Assembly: GCA_963662335.2 (NCBI GenBank)
Contig: CAXXVD010000002.1
Span: forward strand, 608,001 to 672,000
DNA length: 64,000 bases
Direction of reading: 5' to 3'
Origin: Chloroflexota bacterium
GTDB taxonomy: Bacteria; Chloroflexota; UBA11872; VXOZ01
A program made the position numbers and the translations under genes. Shown one piece after another: positions 28,515 through 38,372 of the stretch (its first letter is position 1; the number at the start of each line of letters is the position of its first letter). The notes beneath the pieces were generated by a model. It saw only the letters and a list, made by a program, of their open reading frames with translations, did not search any database and had not been told where the DNA came from.

Positions 28515-31300
28515 CCTTGCTCCTCCCCAAACTTGATCGCCTCGTGAATGCGCATGCGCGAGAGCATGGAGATGATCACGGGCACGGCGATAACGAGAAT
28601 GACGGCCAGGATGAAGTAGATCTTGGCAATGTCTTCCCAGGCGGTGACGACGACGAATGACGGGATGTTGGCGTGTTCGCCGGTCTTGATTTGGAGGAAG
28701 GGAATGAAAACCCGTCCGGCCACCACGCCGAAGATCGTGCCGATCGTCACGCCCATCACAATCAGAAAGCCTTGCTCGAAGATGTAGAGGCTAATCAACT
28801 GCCGGATGGAGAGTCCCATCGCGCGCAGGATGCCAAAGTCCTGCATCCGGCGTTGGAAGGAGAGCAGCGAGTACGTCAGGAAGCCCAAGATGGTGAGGAG
28901 GATGGCAATCAAGAAGCCGACGGTCAACATGCCAAAGACGCCGGTGCGCCGGGGGTCGTCCCGCTGGGCGATGACCTTTTCGCGGGTATCCTGGGCGCGC
29001 ACCACGATGAATTCCAGTTCGCGCAGCTTATCTTCGATCTCCTCGATGTCGGCCCCCGCCTGCGTCTTGGCCCAGACGTCATACGGCCCGAAACCGATGT
29101 TGTCGAAGATGTAGTCGAGGTTCGCCACGGCAAAGTAGTCGGTATCGGGGAACTGGGTCGGGAAGTAGTCCACCCAATCGACGATCACGAAGTCGATCTG
29201 CGTCTGGCGCAGGTTGATGCGCACCCGGTCGCCGACTTTCAGCTTGTGGTCGATCATGAAGTTGGCGCTGGCCAGGATGGCGTCGGGCTGGGCGGCGAGT
29301 TCATTCAGCAAGGTGACGAGCGAGCGATGGGCAAAGTCGGGCCGCCAGTACATGACGGTTGCGGCGTCCCAGGGGTCTATGCCGACGATTTGAATCTCCG
29401 GTGTCGCCCGGTCGGGCAGGATGGCGTTGCCCTTGCTATCCCAGAAGCGGGCAACCGCTTTCAGTTCCTCGACCTGGAGATGGTCGTAGAAGGGGGCGAT
29501 GTACCACTGCTCCAATTCTTCATCGTAGTCGCCGGACTCGTAGAACGCCATGTCCGCGCCGATGCGGTAGTAGACCGAGTCCGAGTGGTTGCGGGTGAGC
29601 GTGGCCGCGACGGAGGCGCTGAACGTGCCGATGGCGAGCGTGAGGACGAGGAGCAAGAGCAGGCTGTTGTACTGGCCCGCCGAACGGGAGATGTGGCGCA
29701 GCCCCAAGAGGATCGACACGCCCCAGAAGCGGTTGCCGACGCGGGTCACCAATTCCACGATATACGGAAAGAGCCGCACGAACAGCAGCGCCATGCCGAA
29801 CATGAAGACCGAGGGCACGATGAGCAAGAGCGGGTTGGAGAAGACGTTGCCCTCTTCTCCCAGCACGATGACCTGCCGTTGGTCTTGCAGCAGGCGGTAG
29901 CCGTAGAAGGCCAACCCGAGCAGGAGAATGTCCACGAAGAAGCGCTGCCACCAGGGCCGCCGCAGCTTGCGGGAGGCTTCCTGCTTGAAGGTGACGATGC
30001 TGTGGCGCGCCGTGGCGGCCGCGGGCATGAGCGCCGCGCCAATCGAGAGCGCAATGGCGGCCAGGGCATAGTTGAACGTGCTGCCCGTAATCGTGATGGG
30101 CAGCGGGTCGCGGCCGATGAACGTCAGGAACGTGTAGGTGCGGGCAATGAGTTGGGCCAGATAGACGCCCAGCACCGGCCCGACCACCAGCGCCAGGACG
30201 CCGATCATGCCGCCTTCCAGGAGATAGATGCCGATGATCTGCCACGTGCTGGCGCCGCGGCTCTTGAGCACCGCAATTTCGTTGCGCTGGCGGTCCACTA
30301 CCATCGAGGACGCGATGCCAATGTAGTAGAGCACGATGCCGATGATGGGCGCGGAGAGGATGAAGAGCAGGATCTTGAGGAAGAAGAGGTCGCGCAGGTA
30401 GCGCATCAGAATGTCTTCGGGAGAGATGTCAACCTTTACCTTGCCGAGTATCGTGCCCAGGTTGGAGCGAATCTCGCTGACGCCCGTGACGATGGACCGG
30501 GCGTTGCTGGCGTTGATCGCGTCCACGTCGAAGACGGAGAACCAGGTGTACTCATAGCCGATTTCTTCGTAGTCTGAGAGGATCACGTCTATGAACGTCT
30601 CATCTGGGACCATGAGTCCCTCTTTGAAGTATTGGGGATGGTAGAACCAGTAGATTTCGTTGGGGTCGTTCGGGAACCAACGCCCGACGATCTTCACTTC
30701 GATGGGTTGCGGTTCATTGTTGGGACTCATGAAGCGGACGAACAGATGGTCGCCGACTTCAGCCCCGATCGCGTCCATCTTTTCGGTCATGATGACGGCT
30801 TCGAGGTACGGGTCGCCGGACTTTGCCGGTCTGGCGTAGCGTCCTTCGAGAATGCGGACGTGTTTATCGAAGTCCGTGGCAAAGGCGATGAAGCCCCAGT
30901 CGGCGAATTGGCGCGATGAGAAGCTAAGGTCATCACCGCTTGAAAGGATGGCCATGTGCTCGGTCTGGCCGTAGCGGGTGGAGAGGAGGAGGGGGATGCC
31001 CATCTCGGTCGGCGCCGTCACCCGCATGTACTCGTCCGCTTGCTGGTATTGCAGCAGCGTGATGTTCACTTCGTTCTTGGGCTCGAACATGCGGATGAGC
31101 AGGCTGGCGCGCGGCTGCGCCTGGCGGTTTTCAGACTCGCGCAGCGCGCGGTGCAGCAGCATCTCGCTCATACCCTCGGAGTAGAGCGGCACGCTGGAAA
31201 CCAACGTGACGGTGACCACCAAGCCGAGAATAGTGGAGAAGACGATGTTGATGTTGTTGAGCAGGCGCTTGGTGACGAGGACGAGGATGGAGTAGGTCAA
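28511..31300 (-). CDS. FtsX/MacB-like double-length ABC permease
   Basis: Two FtsX repeats (RQRNEIAVLKSRGA; QRRMQDFGILRAMG) with large extracytoplasmic domains. Confidence 0.9.
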   Translation of the reverse strand: MTYSILVLVTKRLLNNINIVFSTILGLVVTVTLVSSVPLYSEGMSEMLLHRALRESENRQAQPRASLLIRMFEPKNEVNITLLQYQQADEYMRVTAPTEMGIPLLLSTRYGQTEHMAILSSGDDLSFSSRQFADWGFIAFATDFDKHVRILEGRYARPAKSGDPYLEAVIMTEKMDAIGAEVGDHLFVRFMSPNNEPQPIEVKIVGRWFPNDPNEIYWFYHPQYFKEGLMVPDETFIDVILSDYEEIGYEYTWFSVFDVDAINASNARSIVTGVSEIRSNLGTILGKVKVDISPEDILMRYLRDLFFLKILLFILSAPIIGIVLYYIGIASSMVVDRQRNEIAVLKSRGASTWQIIGIYLLEGGMIGVLALVVGPVLGVYLAQLIARTYTFLTFIGRDPLPITITGSTFNYALAAIALSIGAALMPAAATARHSIVTFKQEASRKLRRPWWQRFFVDILLLGLAFYGYRLLQDQRQVIVLGEEGNVFSNPLLLIVPSVFMFGMALLFVRLFPYIVELVTRVGNRFWGVSILLGLRHISRSAGQYNSLLLLLVLTLAIGTFSASVAATLTRNHSDSVYYRIGADMAFYESGDYDEELEQWYIAPFYDHLQVEELKAVARFWDSKGNAILPDRATPEIQIVGIDPWDAATVMYWRPDFAHRSLVTLLNELAAQPDAILASANFMIDHKLKVGDRVRINLRQTQIDFVIVDWVDYFPTQFPDTDYFAVANLDYIFDNIGFGPYDVWAKTQAGADIEEIEDKLRELEFIVVRAQDTREKVIAQRDDPRRTGVFGMLTVGFLIAILLTILGFLTYSLLSFQRRMQDFGILRAMGLSIRQLISLYIFEQGFLIVMGVTIGTIFGVVAGRVFIPFLQIKTGEHANIPSFVVVTAWEDIAKIYFILAVILVIAVPVIISMLSRMRIHEAIKFGEEQG

Positions 31301-31490
31301 GGTGTATCCCCTCGCATCGGCTTACGAGTTACTGTCGAGAGTATCACAGAGAGAATGCTGCGCTTCCTGCGCGTCGCGCGTAGGAGACGTGTAGTCTGCG
31401 GTCACATGTGACCCGCCGCCTTCGATCACAAGCAAGCGTAGTCGTCGGTTCCATCAGTAGCGGCCGGCGCTCCGCAAGGCAAAACTATGG

Positions 31491-33809
31491 CTACTGTCCC
31501 TGCAGGATTACAAAGCCTTCTTCGAGACCGCTCAGGATTTCCACGTGCGTCTCGGTTTGAATGCCGATTTCCACGTTCTTGGCGCGTTTGATGTCGCCGT
31601 CCATGTATTCGACGTAGGTGCGCCGGCCGGAACGCTTGACGGACTCGATAGGCACCATGAGCACGTCATCCTTATGCTGCACGGTGATGTTGACGCGCGC
31701 CAACATGCCGATTTCCGCGCCCGCTTTCGGCCAATCCACCTCGATGCGGATGGAGCGGTCTTGGATGACGCCCTGCGTGGTAACCAGGGAGGTGGGCAGT
31801 TTCGTGATGATGCCCGTGATATTCTCGGAAGAGAAGGCGTCGAGCGTCAGGTCGGCCACTTGCTCCAGGGCCACCTTGGCCGCGTCGTCTTCGGAGAGGT
31901 CGGCGGAGATGATGAGTTTTCTGGGGTCGGCCAAGCCGATGATGGGCTGGTAGGCCGTGGCGCTCTCGCCCGCTTTGCCCTTGATGAACTGGATCACGCC
32001 GTCGAAGGGCGCCGTCAGGCGCGCGTCCTGCAATTGCTCCAGCAGCAGTTGGTGGTTGGCGCGGGCGCGCTTGAGGTCGTTCTCCAACTTGGTCACGTTA
32101 CCGGCGTCGGCGGCATTGATCAAGGTCTGGTCCAGGTTCACCTGGGCTTTCTGCAAGGCGGCTTCCATGCTTGCCAGGTGCCATTCCGCGTTCTGCAGCT
32201 TCTCCGGGTCGACGCCGGAGCGGACCACGTCCCAACGCTCTTGGGCCACGGCCAGGTCGGCTTCGGCCTGCCGCACGGCGGCCTGGGCGGCGTTGAGGTT
32301 CAATTCCGCGGTGGTCAAGTTCTTGGCAAGGTCGGACTCTACGTCGGCGTACGCCTGCTGCGCCTGCTCCAATTCGAAGCGGGCTTTCTCTAGTTCCGCT
32401 TGGGCTGCGGGCAAGGCCTGGCTTGCCTGTGCTCTGGATTGATCCAGGGCGGCCGTGGCGGATTGCAGATCCAGCCTGGCTTTCTCCCGGCTTGCCCACA
32501 AGATCGCCATGCGCGTTCCCTGCAAGGGGGGCACGACAAGCTGTAGATTGCGCTCTTCGATGTACTCGGCCAATGCGGTCTTTCGTTCTTCATACTCGTC
32601 TACGATCAATTCTTGCACGTCCTCGAGGGCACGCTGCGCGGCTGACACGTTGCTCCCCGCTTGCTTTGCTTCAGCGTAATTCGTCTGCGCCGTGGCAAGG
32701 GCTTCAGCCAACTTTACGTCCAGCACGTTCTCAAGGGCGCGCTGGGCGGCCGGCACGTCCCCTTCCAAGCGCATGGCGTCGTGGAAAGCCAACCGCGCCT
32801 CTTCCAGCGCAGCCAGCGCTTCCTCGAGCGCGGCCTGAGCGGCCGACGCCTTGCTTCCCAGTTGCCTTGCGGATTCGAACGCTTCTTCAAGCGCTTCTTC
32901 GATATCTAGGGATACGGTTCTGAGCTCAGCCCGATACACTTTGATCTCAGCCTGGATCTCATCTATCAGCTTCGTCCGCTCTGCGTTGACTGCTTGAGTG
33001 GCCGATTCCAAGGCTTGCTCTCTCGCCCGGAGATTAGCCTGTTGCGACAGAACCTGGGTATCGGGGTTGCCGGAGCGCAGATGATCCAGCCGCGCCTGGG
33101 CGGCGTCGAAGGCTTCTTCCGCGGCGCGCAGGGCGAGGTCGCGCTGCACTTTCAGGTCTACCGCCGCTCCCGCGCGGAAGTTGGTGAGGTCCTCTTGCGC
33201 TTGCGCGTACTGGTCCTGCGCGCGCTGCAAGGCGTCCTGAACAGTGTCAAGGCGGGCGGCGGCATTGGCATGGGCGGTCTCCGCCTGGGCGCGTTCTTGG
33301 GCATTGGGCCCTCCCTGCGCTTCGGTGAGCGCTTCACGCGCCTCTTCAACGTCTTGTTCCGCCCGTTCCACGGCGATCCGCGCCAGCGTTACTTCCGCTT
33401 CGCCGGACGCGGCCTGGGAACGCGCCTTGTTCAAGTCGCGCTCTTTGTCCTGAAGGCTTAGCTCCGAATTCTGGATAGACGTTTCCAGGTTGCCGGTTTC
33501 CAGGTCTGCCAGCAACGTGCCCGCCACGACCGGCTGGTTGTATTCGACGTAGACGCCCTTCAGGCGGCCGTTCTGCTTGAAGAAGAGGCTCTCTTCCGTT
33601 TCCGCCGTTACACGCCCCAAGACGCGCACCGCGTCGATGATGGAGCCGCGCTCGACTTTGACGGTGGGACGCTCGACGCGCGACGTGACCGGCCGCGCAA
33701 CGGCATCCTCCGATTCGCCGTCATCGGAGAGAAACGGCAGCGAAGGCACACACGCCGTGAGCAGCAACACGCCGCTCACGAGAAGGAGAAAGAATGATCG
33801 GATGTTCAC
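31491..33809 (-). CDS. Membrane-fusion/periplasmic adaptor lipoprotein with very long coiled coil
   Basis: Lipobox LTAC, lipoyl halves (GRLKGVYV..; LTAPFDGVI), C-terminal EILSGLEEG. Confidence 0.85.
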   Translation of the reverse strand: MNIRSFFLLLVSGVLLLTACVPSLPFLSDDGESEDAVARPVTSRVERPTVKVERGSIIDAVRVLGRVTAETEESLFFKQNGRLKGVYVEYNQPVVAGTLLADLETGNLETSIQNSELSLQDKERDLNKARSQAASGEAEVTLARIAVERAEQDVEEAREALTEAQGGPNAQERAQAETAHANAAARLDTVQDALQRAQDQYAQAQEDLTNFRAGAAVDLKVQRDLALRAAEEAFDAAQARLDHLRSGNPDTQVLSQQANLRAREQALESATQAVNAERTKLIDEIQAEIKVYRAELRTVSLDIEEALEEAFESARQLGSKASAAQAALEEALAALEEARLAFHDAMRLEGDVPAAQRALENVLDVKLAEALATAQTNYAEAKQAGSNVSAAQRALEDVQELIVDEYEERKTALAEYIEERNLQLVVPPLQGTRMAILWASREKARLDLQSATAALDQSRAQASQALPAAQAELEKARFELEQAQQAYADVESDLAKNLTTAELNLNAAQAAVRQAEADLAVAQERWDVVRSGVDPEKLQNAEWHLASMEAALQKAQVNLDQTLINAADAGNVTKLENDLKRARANHQLLLEQLQDARLTAPFDGVIQFIKGKAGESATAYQPIIGLADPRKLIISADLSEDDAAKVALEQVADLTLDAFSSENITGIITKLPTSLVTTQGVIQDRSIRIEVDWPKAGAEIGMLARVNITVQHKDDVLMVPIESVKRSGRRTYVEYMDGDIKRAKNVEIGIQTETHVEILSGLEEGFVILQGQ

Positions 33810-33957
33810 GCGGCTCTTCCCTCACATGGCATTGAATCAAGCACGCTACTGATGAACTGCGTATCGGCTATGATACCGTAGGCTAGTGCAAGCGGCACAC
33901 GCCTACATAGTAGCAAGTCTCGCATATCCTGTGCATACTGTCTATTGCCAGACAAAC

Positions 33958-33987
33958 TGTCAAGAGAAATCTTAGAGGATTCTTAGA
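33958..33987 (-). promoter_or_regulatory. -35 TTGACA with adjacent 11-bp-spaced direct repeat (response-regulator-type site)
   Basis: Minus strand TCTAAGA-ATCC-TCTAAGA-TTTCTC-TTGACA upstream of the exporter operon. Confidence 0.5.
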
Positions 33988-34111
33988 CAGTTGGAGAGAG
34001 TGCAGCCGCTCTCGCGGGCAGAGCGGGTTAGCAGCGTTACGATGGGGAGGTTGGCGGTGAGTGAGCGCGCGGATGTTCACGTGAGCGGAGGTCGCAGCAT
34101 AGGAGCGCCAC

Positions 34112-35122
34112 ATGCACTGCGGTAGAGTCGTCGTTTTTCCCCGCGCGCACGCGGCCGTGTTGGAAGAGTTTCCCCTGCCGGCGCCAGGGCCGGGGCAGGT
34201 GCTGGTGCAGGCGGAATTCAGTTGCATCAGCGCGGGCACGGAGCGCAAGCGCTATATGCACACCTTCGGCGAGTCCGGCGTGGCGCAGGGAAGAGGATTT
34301 CCCGCCCGGCCGGGCTACGCCAGCGTCGGCACGATCGTGGAGCGCGGCCCGGGTGTGGATGCGTTCGCGCCGGGCGAGCGCGTCCTCACGATGGCGAACC
34401 ACGCGAGCCACTACCTGCGCACGGTGGGCACAGACGCTATTGAGCGGATCCCGTCCGGCGTGAAGTCCGAACATGCGGCGCTGGCCGTGTTGGGACAGGT
34501 GGCGCTGGCCGGCGTGCGCCGCGCCCCGCCTGAAATCGGACACGCGGCCCTGGCGGCCGGACAAGGTGTGATCGGCCAACTCATCGTCCAGTTCTTGAAG
34601 GCGGCCGGCTGCGGCCCGGTGATAGCCACCGACGTGCTGGATTTCCGGCTGGAGATGGCCCAGCGCAGCGGCGCGGACCTAACCGTGCACGCCGGGCGCG
34701 AGGACGTGCGGGCGGCGGTAATGGCGGCGACCGGCGGCAGAGGCGTCGAGCGCATCTACGACGCCATACCCGTGCCCCACGCGCTGCCGACGCATCTCGG
34801 CGTTGCCGCCACGCGCGGCGTCATCGTCGTGCTCGGCACGCCACTCGGCAACGTGGAGCTAAACCTCTACCCGGACTTTGCGCGGCGGGAACTTACGTTG
34901 ATGGGCGTTTACCAGCCGCTCACGCCCACGGCGGAAACGCCGCAGACACCGTGGACGCAGCAGCGCCACCGGCAACTCTATCTGCACATGCTCGCCAGCG
35001 GCGACCTGGAGGTAGAGCACCTGGTCACCCACGTGGCGCCTCCCGCGCAGGCGGCCGCGGTCTACGCCATGCTTGCGCAAGGCGGAGAAAACTCGCTCGG
35101 AGTTCTCTTCGACTGGCGGTGA
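34112..35122 (+). CDS. MDR (zinc-type alcohol dehydrogenase-like) oxidoreductase
   Basis: ISAGTE, PGYASVG and GQGVIG motifs. Confidence 0.85.
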   Translation: MHCGRVVVFPRAHAAVLEEFPLPAPGPGQVLVQAEFSCISAGTERKRYMHTFGESGVAQGRGFPARPGYASVGTIVERGPGVDAFAPGERVLTMANHASHYLRTVGTDAIERIPSGVKSEHAALAVLGQVALAGVRRAPPEIGHAALAAGQGVIGQLIVQFLKAAGCGPVIATDVLDFRLEMAQRSGADLTVHAGREDVRAAVMAATGGRGVERIYDAIPVPHALPTHLGVAATRGVIVVLGTPLGNVELNLYPDFARRELTLMGVYQPLTPTAETPQTPWTQQRHRQLYLHMLASGDLEVEHLVTHVAPPAQAAAVYAMLAQGGENSLGVLFDWR

Positions 35123-35140
35123 GCGGAGGTGGCGGCGGGA

Positions 35141-35389
35141 CTAGGGGCCGTCGTACGGCTGGGGCTCGTACGGCTCTTCCGGCTTGTCCCAATCGATCCA
35201 CAGCTTCTTGCGGCGGAATTGGAAGACCCAGAAGTCCAGCGCCGCCAGGAAGATGGCGAGCGTTGCCAACATCACGGCGCCGAAGACGCCATAGTTGGTG
35301 GCAATCGCCAGCAGGCCGAGGGACTGCGCGGCGTCACGTCCCCACTCGATGAAGGGGCCCACCTGGAAGAAGAGGTCTAGTCGTGGCAT
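35141..35389 (-). CDS. Small membrane protein
   Basis: SD GAGGAG, one hydrophobic segment, 82 aa. Confidence 0.6.
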   Translation of the reverse strand: MPRLDLFFQVGPFIEWGRDAAQSLGLLAIATNYGVFGAVMLATLAIFLAALDFWVFQFRRKKLWIDWDKPEEPYEPQPYDGP

Positions 35390-35521
35390 CGGACTCCTCA
35401 CGTTTTGTTCACTGCCGCCCATTATGGCACGGCGTCCGGCTGCTCGCAACTTGCGGGGACTTTGCCGCGGGCGCTCCCGGCGCGGCGCTGCTCCAACCTG
35501 TGGCAATGCGCCGCGCTGCCG

Positions 35522-35845
35522 TCACCGCAGGAAGAGCGCCTCATACCGCGCCAGCACACGCTGATAGAGCAGCCCGGTCTCTCGCGCCGCAGGCGTCGTG
35601 CGGTTTCGCGCCCAACGCGCAATCTCGCCGTGCAATTCGTCTCCCAGCGCGAAGCGCAGTTCGCCAAGCGCGTCTACAGCGCCGGGCAGCGCGACTTGCA
35701 GTTCCGCCAGGAAGAGGTCGAGTTGGGGATTGGCGCGGCCCATGGCGGCGGTGCGTTTGCCGAGCAGAAACCGCAGCAGCAATTCCTGTTCCGCCGCGGT
35801 CGCCCGTACCAACCGTTCATAGAGGACGCGCGGGTCCACACTCAT
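35522..35845 (-). CDS. Hypothetical protein
   Basis: 107-aa ORF directly downstream of dprA with host-like codon usage. Confidence 0.6.
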   Translation of the reverse strand: MSVDPRVLYERLVRATAAEQELLLRFLLGKRTAAMGRANPQLDLFLAELQVALPGAVDALGELRFALGDELHGEIARWARNRTTPAARETGLLYQRVLARYEALFLR

Positions 35846-35852
35846 GGCGGCC

Positions 35853-36953
35853 TCACTGCCGGCCGCGGGCGTACGTGAGCGCCCCGACCGCGTGGACGAT
35901 GCCCCGCACCTCCATGAGCGTGAGCAGGCTGCTTACCTCCTGCACGGGAATGCCGGTTTGGGCGCTGATCTCGTCCAGGTGCACCGGATCGCCTGCCAAA
36001 GCGGCAAATACCCGCTCTTCCTCCGCGCTCATGGGCACGGCGGTCGTGAGTTCGGCCTGACGCCCGGTCAGGTGGATGTTCAGATCGCTCAGAATGTCCG
36101 CAACGTCCATAACCAGCTTGGCCCCGTCCTGGATGAGGCGATGCGGGCCGGCGCTGGCTTGGGTCAGGACGCTGCCGGGCACGGCGAACACGTCGCGTCC
36201 CTGCACGCCCGCGAACTCCGCCGTTATCAACGCGCCGCTCCGTTCGCGCGCCTCGGTAATCACGACGCCCAGCGAGAGACCGCTAATCAAGCGGTTGCGC
36301 ACCGGAAACTGCTCGGCCGCGGGCTGCCGTCCCAACGGGTATTCGGAGATGAGCGCGCCCTGGGCGGCGACTTCTTCCGCCAGCCGCCGGTGCTCAGCCG
36401 GATAGACGACGTCCAGGCCGCAGCCGAAGACGGCCAACGTGCGCCCGCCCACTTCCAGCGCGGCCCGGTGCGCCGCCGCGTCGATGCCCCGCGCCAAACC
36501 GCTCACCACCGTCACGCCGCTGGCGGCCAGGTCCGCGGCCAGACGGCGGGTGACGCTGCGCCCGTAAGCGGTGGCGTTGCGCGTGCCCACCACCGCCACG
36601 GCCAACTGATCGCGCGCTTCCAAAGCGCCGCGCACGTAAAGCAGAATCGGCGGACTGGGAATCTGGCGCAGCAACGGCGGAAAGTCGTCGTCGGCCCACG
36701 TGAGCGCGGAGATGCCGGCGTGCGCCAGCCGGTTCAACTCCCGCGCCGGGTCGATTTCGTCCCGCGCTCGTTGCAACCCGGCGGCAACGGCCTTCTCCAG
36801 CCCGGCGTCGCGCCAAGCGGCCGGCGACGCGCTCCACGCCGCCGCCAACGTGCCAAAGTGCCGCAGCAGCCGGTGCATCCGCCCCGGCCCCATCTCCGGC
36901 GCCAGGCTCAGCGCCACGTAGTAGGCGCGGTCTTCATCCGGCGTGATTGGCAT
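35853..36953 (-). CDS. dprA: DNA-processing protein DprA
   Basis: VVGTR, VSGLARGID, FPVRNRLISGLS and SGALITA motifs; C-terminal winged helix. Confidence 0.95.
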   Translation of the reverse strand: MPITPDEDRAYYVALSLAPEMGPGRMHRLLRHFGTLAAAWSASPAAWRDAGLEKAVAAGLQRARDEIDPARELNRLAHAGISALTWADDDFPPLLRQIPSPPILLYVRGALEARDQLAVAVVGTRNATAYGRSVTRRLAADLAASGVTVVSGLARGIDAAAHRAALEVGGRTLAVFGCGLDVVYPAEHRRLAEEVAAQGALISEYPLGRQPAAEQFPVRNRLISGLSLGVVITEARERSGALITAEFAGVQGRDVFAVPGSVLTQASAGPHRLIQDGAKLVMDVADILSDLNIHLTGRQAELTTAVPMSAEEERVFAALAGDPVHLDEISAQTGIPVQEVSSLLTLMEVRGIVHAVGALTYARGRQ

Positions 36954-37478
36954 AGATTTATGCGTGGCAAGCGTGTAGGCAGGCGGCTGTCCGTCCGGCG
37001 CTCTACGGGTTTAGGCAGACGCCGGTCCCAGCGATCTCATTCACGCTCCTGCGGCGCGCGCACTCTCGATACAACCAGCGTTTGAGACAAACGGTCTGAG
37101 ATGGCGGGATACCATTCGCGCCGAGAGGCGGGGGACAAGCCCCCGCGCTACGGCCGGCGGGCGATTACCGAGCGGGCGGAAGAGCGCGCTAACCGCGTTC
37201 AAACGCTTGAGAAGGACAGGATGTCTTCTCTCTACCGGCAGGTAGTGTATCATGTATGGCAAAGCCGGTCTGGGCCATGTGGGCATGCACATACGCGGCA
37301 GCGCCCACGGCAGTGGTCGGAGCTGTCGGCCGCGCAGCCGGCATCCTCGGCGCAGGCGGTGCTGCGCTGGCTAACGTCCTCACACGCGCCGTCGCGCGGC
37401 AGGTGGCGGTCTGGGAACTGTGCGTCATGACCTTGCTATTGCTTCAACCTGAAAGCAGGGGCTACGGAGCGCAAGCGC

Positions 37479-38372
37479 ATGAAAGTTATAGAGAAATCGG
37501 AGCCGGAGCCGCAGGCGCTCTCGCTTGCAGGTGAGAGAACGTGCGCGTGCCCGCCGAATCACCTCAATTGCCTGAGCGCGAAAGAATGGCTCAAAGCGCA
37601 ATTGGGCGTGTGGCAATTCTCCTACGAGCGCCGCGACGTGCGCGACAAGAGCCTCCATCCCGCTACCTACCCCATCGCGCTCGCCGCGCGCTGCATCGAA
37701 CTCTTCACGCACCAAGGCGAACTCGTGCTCGATCCGTTCGTGGGATCCGGCACTACGCTCGTTGCGGCGCGAGACGGCGGCAGGAATGCGGTTGGCTTCG
37801 ACCTTAGCGCGGACTACACCGACTTGTGTCAGAAGCGGCTGGCGCAAGCGTTACTGGATGCCGGCCACCGGCAGCTAGCGATCTGCGATGATGCCAGAAA
37901 CTCCCCGCACTACCTGGAACCGGAATCCGTCAGCCTCATTCTGACCTCACCCCCGTACGCGAACCTGCTCAACCGCAAGCGCAAAAACAAGAGCCGCCGC
38001 AGCACGGAACGCCGCAACGAGCAATACCTGAAGGTGGAGCAATACTCTCAAGACGGCCGCGACCTCGGCACGCTCGACCTTGCTCACTACGAACGGGCAA
38101 TCGAGGAGATATTTGGCGGTTTGCTGCCGCTATTGCGGCCAAAGGCGCACTGCGTGATCAACGTGCCCGACATGTGGTGGGAGAATACGCGGGTTACGCT
38201 CCACGTCAGCGTGGTCAACGCGCTGCGGCGAGCCGGCTACGAACTACGCAATACGGTAGTCTGGGACCGCACGAACATCGCAAACCGCGTCGGCATCTTT
38301 GGCTGGCCGAGCAATTACATTACCATGGGTACGACGTTCGAGTATCTCCTTGATTTCTGGCGGCCGGCATAA
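37479..38372 (+). CDS. Amino-DNA methyltransferase (SPPY, likely N4-cytosine)
   Basis: HPATYP, DPFVGSGTT (motif I) and TSPPY (motif IV). Confidence 0.85.
   Translation: MKVIEKSEPEPQALSLAGERTCACPPNHLNCLSAKEWLKAQLGVWQFSYERRDVRDKSLHPATYPIALAARCIELFTHQGELVLDPFVGSGTTLVAARDGGRNAVGFDLSADYTDLCQKRLAQALLDAGHRQLAICDDARNSPHYLEPESVSLILTSPPYANLLNRKRKNKSRRSTERRNEQYLKVEQYSQDGRDLGTLDLAHYERAIEEIFGGLLPLLRPKAHCVINVPDMWWENTRVTLHVSVVNALRRAGYELRNTVVWDRTNIANRVGIFGWPSNYITMGTTFEYLLDFWRPA

Noticed and set aside
37041-37440. ORFs between dprA and the methyltransferase (possible controller protein)
   Set aside because: No HTH or other recognisable motif; the region contains a REP copy.
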